The position numbers and the translations under genes are program-made. Below the pieces are notes generated by a model, which had not been told where the DNA came from, did not search any database, and worked only from the letters and a program-made list of their open reading frames with translations. 64,000 bases of DNA from Selaginella moellendorffii (lineage: Eukaryota > Plantae > Lycopodiophyta). Of this stretch, positions 11,617 through 22,996 are shown in pieces. Numbering within the stretch: position 1 is the first letter of the stretch; the number at the start of each line of letters is the position of its first letter. Location: positions 620,001-684,000 of the forward strand of contig NW_003314326.1 in NCBI RefSeq assembly GCF_000143415.4, read 5' to 3'.

Positions 11617-13676
11617 ATGGATCCACAAGAGTTTCGAGCTCAAGCGCACAAGATGGTCGATTTCATCGCGGACTACTATCGGGATGTGGAGAGCCTTCCT
11701 GTGCGCAGCCAAGTTACAGTGAGTATATGATAAAGATCCATTGCCACATTCCAGGTTTGTTTCTTGTAGCCGGGATACTTGCGGAGTTCTCTTCCATCCA
11801 ATGCACCCGAGGAGCCTCAAAGCTTTGACACTGTTCTGGACGGTTTGCCTCGAGATTATCCATCCTATGATCCAAGAGTAGAAACAGCATTGTCGATTCG
11901 ATTGTTTGGCACACAGATGTGAAGTCAATGATAGTCCCTGGCGTCACGCATTGGCAGAATCCAAACTTTTTTGGTTTCTTCCCATCCAACAGTAGCACGG
12001 CGGGGATGCTGGGTGAGTTTCTCAGCGGCGGATTCAACGTAGATGGAAGCGAGTGGGCGACTTCTCCTGCGGCAACCGAGCTGGAAATGCTCGTCCTAAA
12101 CTGGCTGGGGAAGCTTCTTAATCTTCCAGACGAGTTTCTCTTCAATCGAAGCGGTAAACTCTTCATATTAATCAGCAGTAGATTAACTTGAAGTTTAAAT
12201 AGGCAATGGTGGTGGAGTGATCCATGCTAGTGCTAGTGAGGCTGTTCTAGTAGCCTTGCTAGCCGCTCGAGGTCGAGCTATTTCAGAGAACAAAGCCAAA
12301 GGTCTGGAAGAACAAGAAATTCTCTCCAAACTTTTGGTCTATACATCGGATCAAACACATCCTTGTCTACACAAGGCATGCGTGGTAGATAAACTATACA
12401 TATTTGAATAGTATAATTTCTTATGAAATTGTTATTGCAGATTGTTGGGCTCCCCAAAAGCAACCTTGTGATTCTGCCGACACTTGCGACAGATGATTGT
12501 GCTCTTTCACTTTCTATATTAAAATCAGCTGTTCAAGACAGTCTTGCGAAAGGCTTCATACCATTTTTCCTTGGAGCAACAGTGCGTAAGAATTTTCAAG
12601 ATAATTATTTAATCTAACTAATTTGTATTAAGGTTGGGACTACTTCTTCTTCCGCAATTGATCCATTACCAGCACTGGCTGATATTGCCAAGGTAAAAAT
12701 ATATTTTCTAGTTATTGAATGTCTTATTAATTTCCAAGAGACAGGAATATGGGATGTGGTTCCATGTTGATGCAGCTTATGCTGGTAATGCCTGCATTTG
12801 TCCAGAATTTCGACATTTTTTAAATGGTGTTGAAAATGCCCACTCTTTTAATTTAAGTGCAAATAAATGGCTTCTTACCAATATTGACTGTTCCATACTT
12901 TGGCTGAAGGTTTGATCTTTTACAAACGGTACGATCAATTTTTAATATACTCTTACAGGACTCGAAGCAGCTATCTTCAACACTTTCAACATTAACAAAC
13001 AAACAGGTATGAGTTTTTAAATCTACTCTTTTTCATTCATACAATTTCATTTCAGCTAAAAACTAGTTCAATTCAGTCTCGGGTGGTAAATTTCAAAGAT
13101 TGGCAAGTTGCTCAAGGAAGACGATTTAGGCAAGTGCGAATAATTCTTTTTCCTTTGACATGGGATACTCTTTTCAGATCTTTAAAGCTGTGGTTTGTGA
13201 TGCGCTTGTATGGAGCCTCGGGACTTCGTAGCCACATAAGAACTCACATAAACCATGCTAAGCATTTCGAGGTCCTTGTGCGAGAGGACTCTCGCTTTGA
13301 GGTATAACTCGTGAGAGTTCTCTAAAATTGTGAGACCATGATCTACGTTTGTGAGTTGCCAGATCTTAGCACCATGTCGATTTGGTCTCGTTTGCTTCAG
13401 GCTCAAACCAAGAGTAAAACATGAAGATAACGGATGGAAACTGAACTGTTTGCTTCTGGAAGCTGTTAACTCTGGGGGAAAGATTTTCATGACACACACT
13501 GTAAGAAGCTCTCAAGCTATAGTGAAATGGGACTATAACCGATTTATCCTCAGGTACTCTCGGGCGTGTATACATTGAGGATGTCAATTGGTGGCACGCA
13601 GACTAAACGTGAAAATGTTGATGGTGCGTGGAAGATAATCCAGGAGGAAGCACAAAACTTGTTAGATCAAGATTAA
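11617..13676 (+). CDS. PLP-dependent group II aromatic L-amino acid decarboxylase-like protein (TDC/TyDC/AAS family), divergent active site; multi-exon
   Basis: Motifs [57 protein letters not shown], the PLP-lysine motif SANKW and [16 protein letters not shown]; stop TAA at 13674-13676. The exons I traced join in frame; one uses a GC-AG intron (13130-13177). Confidence 0.88.
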
Positions 13677-13900
13677 TAAGACCAGGTTATAAAATATCAT
13701 TGTGCATTTAAGAATAATAATTAAATAAGAAAAACCCTAGCTTTTAAAACGGTGAAAATCCTGGCCGTTGGCCAGTGAAATAAGCGGCGGATCCATGGGC
13801 TACGTGGGAGAAAGGGGCGAGTTATCCATGGAGTTTCGGAAGAGTTCTAGATGTGGTGACCAGGTATCTTTCTCTCTTTGCCCTTTTATCCGTTTTGGCG

Positions 13901-15406
13901 ATGAACGCAAGGGCATTTTGCGCTCCTCCAGGTACTAGACTCGCCAGGCAGCAGCATTGCTCGAGCAAGAGGGCTGTAGAAAGATTGGGGATCAAGAAAA
14001 ACTATAACCAGGTTATACTTCTCAAGATCGTCTCCCAGGATCGCCAGGAGCTTTTCGGGAAGCAATGCGGAGAGCCCATCATCAAGAAATCCATCGAGAA
14101 GAGGGAATTTTTGCTAGGAAACCATTTGAACTGGAGAACACACATAGCTGTGGTTTTTGCTGGCGCGATTTTGCTCGCAACTCCCGCGTTTGCGGCCGAT
14201 GCTCTCAAGACGTGCTCCTGTCTTCTGAAAGAATGCCGGTAATTTTATTCTTCTCTTTTGTCCTTCTAGAAAGACGAGTTTTTTTTTTTTTTTTCCCCTA
14301 GATTGGAGCTCGCTCGATGCATTGCAGATCCTTCGTGCGCTGCCAACGTTGCATGCTTGCAAACTTGTAACGATCGACCTGACGAGACCGAGTGCCAGGT
14401 AAGTCTCTAGATTTTGTGTAAAACTTCTTTTGGATTGATCGATCGTTGCGATTCACGAATACTTTCAGATAAAATGCGGAGACGTCTTTGAGAACAAGGT
14501 GGTGGACGAATTCAACGATTGCGCGGTGAGCCGCAAGAGCTGCGTCCCGCAGAAGAAAGACGAGGGGCGTTTCCCAATCCCACCACCCTCGGCACTCGTC
14601 CAGAGCTTCGACACCACGAAGTTCACTGGGAAATGGTTCATCTCCAGCGGCCTCAACAGGTCCTTCGATACTTTCGATTGTCAGCTCCACGAATTCACCG
14701 CCGCTCCACAGAGATTGACAGGGAACTTGAGCTGGAGAGTGAACACTCCCGACGGGGGATTCATCACTCGAAAAGCAGTCCAGAGCTTCCAACAGGACGC
14801 CGAGAATCCAGGAGTTCTCTACAACCATGGCAACGAGTTTCTACACTACAGGGACGATTGGTAAGTCTCATTCAATCGATCAAAACTTAGTTTTTCTTTG
14901 GCGATCTCCATAGGTACATTCTTTCGTCCAAGCTGGAGAATCGAGGAGACGACTATGTTTTCGTGTACTACCGAGGATCAAACGATGCATGGGACGGATA
15001 TGGTGGCGCCGTCGTCTACACTCGCAGTAGAACACTGCCGCGCAGCATAGTGCCCGAGCTCCAGCGCGCGGCAGCCAAAGTGGGCCTGGATTTCGCAAAG
15101 TTCTCGAGCACGGACAATTCGTGCGGGCCGGAGCCGCCGCTGCTGGCGCGGATCGAGAAGAAAGTGGAGGAGGGCGAGAGCGTCCTGGCCGAGGAGGTGC
15201 GGGACATCGGCAGGGCCGAGAAATCGCTGCTGGACAAGATCGAGAGCGGGATCGAGAGCGGGATCAAGGAGCTGGAGAAGGACGAGGTGAGTTTCCTCAA
15301 GGGATTGAGCGAGGAGGAGAAGGCGCTGCTGGAAACGCTCAAGATGGAGGCCAAGGACGTGGAGAAGCTTTTCGGGGGCGCGGTCCCGGTGAGGAAACTC
15401 CGCTAG
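13901..15406 (+). CDS. VDE: Violaxanthin de-epoxidase (start codon uncertain)
   Basis: Cys-rich domain [15 protein letters not shown], lipocalin domain [19 protein letters not shown]...[42 protein letters not shown], and a Glu-rich tail ending PVRKLR. Confidence 0.93.
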
Positions 15407-16404
15407 CCAGGAGCCCTAAAACTTTAAAACACGCGAATATTCACAAGCATACTAGCTTAGGGCTGTCGTGTACAGCCACGTGTCGCTAGACTGACACGTC
15501 GGTAGCGGCATGGGCCCCAGCTGTCGGTTTCCGGCCGGCCACCAACCCGCGGCATGCGACTGAAATCCTTGTCGGACGCTCGCCGCGGCGCTTCCGGCAT
15601 GGTGAAAAACTGGCGGTGAAAAAACGAGCCGTGCATGCGGATGCGATAAAGTAAAAAACCGGGAGTCCTGCCACGTCGGCGTGGACGAAGCATATTCCAG
15701 GCTCTGTCACACAGGCTGGAAATGAGATGGCTCTCCTCGTCTATCCACTTGGTTTGAGCTGATTCGATCCACGATACGGGCTCTTTTATTCCAATCCTCG
15801 CGGCGATTTGGGGCTAATTGGGCCGCGAAATCGAGCAAAGATCTGGGCTTTGCGCTCTCGTGCTCGCCCAAATTCCCCAATTTCTCAAGCTAAAATGTGG
15901 GTTCTGGGTCTGGGCTCTAAAATTCTCTCTCTTTCTTTTCTTTCCATTTCTTTTCTCTCGCTTTGATCATTGACAGTTTGGTGTGTCTTGTTATGGAATG
16001 GTAGTAGCATCAGGTGGGATCTCTGGATCGAAAGCGCCATAGCCACCATCTTAAGCTAAGCTAAAGATCGAGGAGCTCTTTTGCTGGGAAGGCTCCAAGA
16101 GACAAAGCTTTTAAGTGTTTTTTCTCCTCTTTTTTGTTTTTGTGCTGCTATGGTGTTTGGAGAGGCACAAGAGATCAGGAGGGTAATAGCACAGCATAGC
16201 AGCAGACAAGCCTTTGATTCTTTTGTTCTGTCCCCAAAATATCCCATCCTCTCTCTCCAGCTGTGATCTTCCTCCCAAATTCCTCCAAGTTGAATTCTTC
16301 CCATTCTGATTCTCACTCCTCGCTAGTCGATCTCGGCGAGAATTCCCTTTGTTGGTCTGGATCAATCACACAGGGACAGTGAGATCTTTTCGCGAATGCA
16401 AGCA

Positions 16405-17929
16405 ATGCTGCCTTGTATTGCTTGCAAGCGGCATGCGATTGAGGACGATGACGAAGACGAGGACGAGGACGATTACACTGGAGGCCGAAACAACACAATT
16501 ACAAAGGCCGAGGTCAAGTCCTTGTCTTCACAGGTCAGTAGTTCTTAGCTCCTTCTTTTCTAGTCTCTCCATAGCTCTAGAGCTCTAGAACTTTCATTGT
16601 CTCTAGGAATCATGCTAGGAGATATAGTTGTAAGTACTTACAGTCTACAGACAGTGTGTGCTTCCTCTTTTTTTCTTTTTTTTTGTTCTAGCTGGAGAGT
16701 GCTTTGATTTGCTTTGCTTGCTTGTTTGTTTGTCCCTTGTAGCAGCAGCAACGCGTGTTATGAAATCAATGGCTGTTTTTATGACAAAGAGGTACCGACA
16801 GGATTCCATTGTTTGCGTTCCAGATCCAGCATAACTTCCAGCTTAAGCAGCTCTAATCATCTTTTTTTCTCTTTCTTTCTCGTGTTCTTGATGGTTTGTC
16901 TTTGATCGTTTGGCAGCTCAAAGACGTGGTTTTGAAGGTCTCGGCCGCTTACAGGCAATGCAGGCCATGCGCTGGATCAAAGGGGAAAACTTTCGAGCAC
17001 GAATTCGTGATTGGAAACTCGGATGCTTCGTCGTCCGAGGATCAGTGGATCCAAAAGTCTGGGATTCTCAAGAAGGAGAATTATCCCAGCAGTGCTGCGA
17101 GCTCCATCTCTGAGGGCGCAGTCTCGGTGAAACAGGACGATCAATCCAGTAGTAAAGTTTCACCGAGTAGTCAAGCGAGTAGCAACAGCAGCAGTGGATC
17201 CGCGGCGAAGAATTCTTCTTCCAAACAAGATCATCTTGACCAACATAACGAGAGGAACTGCGAGGAGACGAGCCAGGAATGGGTGGCACAAGTCGAGCCT
17301 GGCGTTCTTATAACTTTCATAGCAATGCCCAACGGAGAGAACGAGCTCAAGAGAATTCGATTCAGGTGAGCTTGGTTTTCTTCTAAGCTTTGCAATTCTT
17401 CCGCTTTATTTCTTTCTCAGTCGCGAGCTTTTTAACAAATGGCAAGCTGAAGCATGGTGGGCCGAGAACTGTGAGCGTGTTCACGAGCTCTACAACGTCT
17501 CTGGAAACGATCACTCGTTTCCAAACAGCCAGAAAGATCAAGTAACTTCAGAAGTTTCTTATTTCTCTGTTCTTGCTTGGATCCCTCTCTGGAAACAAAA
17601 CTTACTTTTCTTGTTGGATCACTCCAGGTGGAAGCACAAACGTCGCAGCAAAATCACGCGGAAGTGACTAAATCCAACACTACGAGTGACGAACTGACCG
17701 AATGGGTCGAAGAAGACGAGCCCGGGGTTTATATCACTGTGAAGCTCGGCCCAAATGGCAACCGAGAACTAAAGCGTGTAAGATTCAGGTACGAGATGAC
17801 AGAAAAGTTCCATTCTTTTCCTTCAATTTTCCTGTTTTTCTCGTTTCCAGTCGCGAGAAGTTTAGCGAGAGGCAAGCAAAGCTATGGTGGGAGAGGAATC
17901 GCTTTAGAATACACGACAATTATTTGTAA
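16405..17929 (+). CDS. BREVIS RADIX (BRX)-like protein; multi-exon
   Basis: N-terminus MLPCIACK, then QLKDVVLKVSAAYRQCRPC, and two BRX domains (EWVAQVEPGVLITF...NELKRIRFSRELFNKWQAEAWWAEN and EWVEEDEPGVYIT...RELKRVRFSREKFSERQAKLWWERN). Confidence 0.9.
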
Positions 17930-18003
17930 CTTCAATTGTTTGAGCTTTACATTGTTAGAGCTTCAATTATTTGTAACCTTTTAGGTCGTAGCTGTAGCAT
18001 AGA

Positions 18004-18729
18004 TTGATTTGGTTGTGGAGGGAATTCTGCTGTGACAGCGTGTGTAAGTTCGCTTGTGTGTGCAAGTACTGGAACAAGATCATCTCTTCAGACAGATTTC
18101 GCAGTTTTTACAACACGATCGCAAAAGTGGTTACAAGAGACGGCTCGCAGGACCTGTGCAACACAAGCGGCTGGCACCTGATTAGCTCTGTCAAATACAT
18201 GGTGCTCAAGCTTTCAATAACTAGGTGAGGAAATGGGAGGTTGGCGCTGGTTGATAGAGAGGATGGTGAGATGCTCGCACTGGTGTCTTGTCCGCGAGTG
18301 CTGGATTGCGATGGCATGGTTGGAATGTTTGTAACGGATGGAATGCTGCTGGTTGTCGGGGTTGACAAGCGGGAGAGGCGTCACGGTGGAATCCATGTTT
18401 GGAGGCTACGCAAATTGGATGTCTACTCAGATCCAGTGCCAGTGTTGGAATGGATTTGTAGTGCTATGGTACGATCCGCTGAGGATGAGGGATTGGAGCG
18501 AGGTTGTAGACAGCAGAGAATGGGAGCCAGGGATAGTAACAGATTGGTTGGTTGTTTCCAGCCCTGCCTCCTCTGCTTGCGCCACTGCTCCAACTGCGTC
18601 ACAGGAGGTAAGCACCAAAATTTCTGCTTGCGAGGGTATTTGGATGGACAGGAACTAGTTTGCAAGCTAAGAAAAACCTGTCTATGGTCTCAAGCAAACA
18701 TTGAGGCAATGGTATCGTTGCATCGATGA
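18004..18729 (+). pseudogene. Possible degraded F-box gene
   Basis: The stretch KFACVCKYWNKIISSDRF resembles the C-terminal half of plant F-box motifs. No clear start codon, and the frame is interrupted. Confidence 0.35.
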
Positions 18730-18865
18730 GTTCCTTTAAGGAGAAGGTTTCATCAGATTGAATTCTGATGGGAGTCTGCATCAAAAGGAAAAAGGTGGCC
18801 GCTTTTAGTGATTCTTCCTGAAATTTTGGCATACAATTAGAAGAAATCCTTTATCCGGGCTGTGA

Positions 18866-19068
18866 CGTCGCAGATATCACGATCTGGTCACCTCTCGCTG
18901 GTAATCTTAGAAGTTAAACTTTGAGGCATTTTCTTTTTCAATTTTGTTGCAGGTGGTATGGCTCGGTCGTCAGATAACGGACTAGATTCCAAGTACTCTG
19001 GTTGAAGTGAAGTCAGTAGAGCTCCAAAAGCCGATGTCCAGACGGTAGAAGGCTCGTTTGAGATATCA
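18866..19068 (+). pseudogene. Degraded fragment of the neighbouring GluRS gene
   Basis: gtcgcagatatcacgatctggtcacctctcgctggtaatcttagaag...ttttgttgcaggtgg...gaaggctcgtttgagatatc matches 23461-23815, including the intron, with deletions. Confidence 0.8.
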
Positions 19069-21798
19069 GAGCAAAAGCTTTGGAGGTGTACTCACCACCG
19101 CCATCAGATCTCAACACCTTGATAGTGCTTTTGTGCTGCCTCTCAACCTCAAGCCCACAGAAGACTTGAAGTACCTTTGTCACAGCTGCAAATCTAGTAG
19201 CATTGTCAAGAAACGATATAAAGTAACTCTTTTTCTGGCATGTGATCTAGACCTGAAATACCAGAGTGCACTAGCCCCAAAGGTTGAGAGCATGGGAGCT
19301 AGATCCAGCAGTGAAAGCGTGAGACTGTTGCTTCCTTATAAGACACGGCTCACAAAGGGGCATCTTTGAATATTTAATGTGCAAACCGTCCACCACTTGA
19401 GCTCATGCCATCTCTCCAATGGTTTGCTTATTCACATGGCCCCATCACCAGTGTTAAGTCAGGAGATCGGCAGCTCCCCCCGAACAGCTGCACAGACTAT
19501 CACCATCACCTGGTTCTGGATCTTTAACCAAGCAGTCCAATCTGAGGAGCCTCAACTTTCATCACCCAAGCCACTATACCATATTGTGGATGACTGATAT
19601 CCACTTCAGTGCTTGAGAAAAACAGCAAAAACACCTGTTCCACCATTTGACCGATGGAAAGGCATGTCTAGTTTGAGGAATGTACCACACAACACGTCCT
19701 TTGGAAATTTGTTGCCGCACAATCCAACCACAATGTGTATGGCATACTCTGGATGTCCAGTGTCATCCATGCCATCCCAGTGGCTCAATCAGAATCTTGA
19801 TTGTCATCCTGTTGAGGTCCCTTCTTATCAGCAGTCTCGATTTAGGCCCAGTTTGGTAGTATTGAAAGCCGACCACCAATCACCAGAAATGGGAGGCGGT
19901 GAAAGAGCTACCAATCTCTAACATAAATGCATTCCTTCTCTTTCTTAGCTTGCAAAGAATAAAAAAAGAAAGGGTGCTACCAAAGAAAGTAAAGTTGGTG
20001 CTACCAAGAAAGTAAGGGCTAAAGAAAATAATAAAGAGAAAGGAAGTAAAGAAAGATGACAAACATTAAATTTTATTCTATTTTCTTTCGATTGTAATAA
20101 AAAGAGGAGTTTCATTAAAATTCTCGAAATCCTACTTTTATAGCGAATCTGGAAACTAATTTAGTTTACCCCCAGCTAACCCAAAAATCTAATCCGGGTG
20201 TACATTTATGTCCATGTGTATAGTAAGTTTTGAATTTAAATCCTATGAATAGTTTTGTAAACTTCTGAAGTAAGATGTCAACCTTTAACAAAAGTTTCAA
20301 AACATATATGTTAGTAAAATTATAATTCAAATGTGATTTCATAATATTTATTTATGTTTCTATTTGAGAATGGTATATCCAGACTTCAAAAAGAATGCCA
20401 TTGCCTGCTGCAACAAATAGAAGGTAGATTTTACGAAGTATATGAAGATTAAAAAAAGCTATCAACAAGAGTCAACAAGTAGTACAAAAATATTAATAAG
20501 TTCATATTAACAATGGTTAATGTACATAGAGGTGTGAATAAGAAGGGTGTTGGTTTACCATATAAGTACGATGAAGATGTCAAGGAAATGAGATAACCAA
20601 GACAACTAAATAACTAAACAAACAAAAATAAATATTAGAATATGCTTGAATATAATACAATTAATAGTTGTTATTATTCATTTATAATTAATGATAACTG
20701 GATTAATAAATAATAGTAAAACTATTAAGTTATTATACTCAAGAGGAATGAAGTACTCTAAAAGATGTTTTAAATTTTGCTAATAAGATCTTTTAGAGTG
20801 GTTCTTTAGCCCCTAGTTCATCTTCAATAAGACTTCTTTTTTTAAAATTGAAAAAAAAAAAAGAAGATTTGATTGGCTTCTTCGTACTCTTTTTTGCCGT
20901 GTGCAACAAAGTTAAAGTCGTATTGTTCGTCAAGTTCAGCTTTTTCATCTTTGTCACATCAAAACACATGTAACCTGGCCATCACGACCAACTTGCAATT
21001 TCTAGCTAGACCAGCTCCCCATCAATTGTTGTTGAATGTGTGTGTCAAGAAGCTGCAAGTGAGAGCAGATTGCCATAGAAGACATGCCCTTGAACAAGAC
21101 TGCATTGAATTCTGGATCAGTAACTCCTGACTTAGAGTCAAGGAGGTGAATCTGCAGGGCTTTTGGGTGATAAACTTCTGAATGGGTTCTCCAAGATCTT
21201 GCATGAGGCTGTAAAATTCACTGTGCCGAATCATGATATCGACGTCCTATGTCGCATCCGCTCCCATAACCTGTTTCACATGACTGCGCCAGATTTCATG
21301 TTATCGTCTAGATCTAGCCAGGTAGTTTCCTTTGCCCAGAAACTATGGGCCACAATCCCCATCGCATCAATGAGCACGTTCTCTGAAATTGTCGCCTATC
21401 AAACACCTCCATCTCTCAAGACAAAGCGTTCTGAACACTACTCGTCCTCGGACTGAACCACAAGGACTATTAACCTAAATATAATACTGACGAGAATGAA
21501 GATCCTGTCTCCTCACCATGAAAAAAAAGGAAGAAGCACCAACCAGAGGACGTCCAAACTAGACACCAGTGCAAGGCCACGGCTAAACAATAAGGCTGTT
21601 TGAGTCGGCAGCTGTTGGTTTTCTTAGCTCTCATTCTCGCTCTCTGTGTCCCATCTTTCTCCAATAAGTACACTTTGTCCAGCAATCCTTCATGAAGCTG
21701 AACCTTTTGTTCTCCAGGTTTCGAAGTTTTCTTGTGTAAATTTGTGAAACAATTTCTCCCATTCAACGTCGGCTGATGTGGAGCCACCCAGCCACAGC

Positions 21799-22348
21799 AT
21801 GGAACACCAAGAATAGAAGGGCTCCTTCTGTGATCGGCTTGGGACTCAGCGATAAGTTCGTCCACCTTGCTGGACCTCTCCAAGAACGCTAATGAGAACT
21901 AGGAGTCCGTGGTCTAGGTGATTGCTGCAAAAGCAGCTAATGGCAAGATCGTCCTCATCCTTCTCTCAGAATGCAGCCAACAGACACTATGGCACTATGC
22001 CAAGGTATTCCTCCTCTACTCAGTTTCCTCTGAATTACAACTATCTTCCAGGCTCGTCTAGTTTTTCCTGGAACAAAGGAGAGCACCGAGGAAGATGGTT
22101 GTAGTTCAGGAGAAACTGAGTAGAGGAGGAACGCCTTGGCATAATGCCATCATGTTTGTTGGTTGCATCCCGAGAGAATGGAACTTTTGTGTAAGGATGA
22201 TCTTGCCATTGGCTGCTTTCGCAGCAAACACCTAGACCAGGGACTCCCAGTTCTCATCAGCATCCTTGGAGAGGTCCAGCAGGTGGATAAACTTCTTGTT
22301 GAGTCCCAAGCCGATCCAGAAAGAGCCCTTCTATTCTTGGTGTTCCAT
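21799..22348. repeat. Long inverted repeat / foldback, about 250-bp arms with a short loop
   Basis: atggaacaccaagaatagaagggctc at 21799 is the reverse complement of gagcccttctattcttggtgttccat ending at 22348. Pairing continues inward to gaattacaactatcttcc / ggaagatggttgtagttc. Confidence 0.9.
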
Positions 22349-22663
22349 AAATGAAGTAGCTACCAAGCCGTGTAAGATTTGACTACAACCATACTTCATT
22401 GCATTGGGTGGTTATACACATGACTCTTGACGGTTGGTGAGGATGGCTGATGTGGCAAGTGACGTGGACCTTGTGATGTGGCACATCGATCAATGCTTTT
22501 TAAAAATTTTTTTGCTCGTTTTTTTCTCTCTTCAAACAGTTTTCTATTTCTTTTTTCTGTGTTGTCTCCCTTGCCTTCTACGGGATCCAGAGTTCGACGG
22601 TGGTTTCATCGACTGCATTGGTTCTCGGATATGCTGATATCTTTCTCGTGTTCTTGATTGGTT

Positions 22664-22915
22664 TGTCTTTGATCGTCTGTCTTAGCTCAAAGATGTGGTT
22701 TTGAAGGTCTCGGCAGCTTACAGGCAATGCAGGCCATGCGCTGGATCACAGGGGAAATCTTTCGAGCGATTGGATGCCGGGGATGCTCGTGAAGGAGAAT
22801 TATCCGAGCAGTGCTGCGAGCTCGCAGGACGATCAATCCATCACCGAGTAGTCTAAGCTTCGCAATTCTTCGTGTCCCTCATGGTGGGCCGAAGAACTCA
22901 ATCCACCCGGAAAGA
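22664..22915 (+). pseudogene. Degraded fragment of the BRX-like gene
   Basis: tgtctttgatcg...ctcaaagatgtggttttgaaggtctcggcagcttacaggcaatgcaggccatgcgctggatc matches 16897-16980, followed by deleted remnants of later BRX sequence. Confidence 0.85.
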
Positions 22916-22996
22916 TCAAATTTTTTTTTCTCTCTCTTGGTGGATTCAATAATTCTCTAGGGTTTTAAGGATTAGGTCTAGGTAGAAAGCGAGCAA

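Noticed and set aside
13901-15406. VDE and transketolase as members of the BURP cluster
   Set aside because: Both are conserved plastid housekeeping enzymes, and the VDE duplicate is truncated; best read as bystanders.
19100-21750. Short ORFs between the GluRS relic and the foldback
   Set aside because: No recognisable motifs or consistent exon structure; partly AT-rich intergenic sequence.
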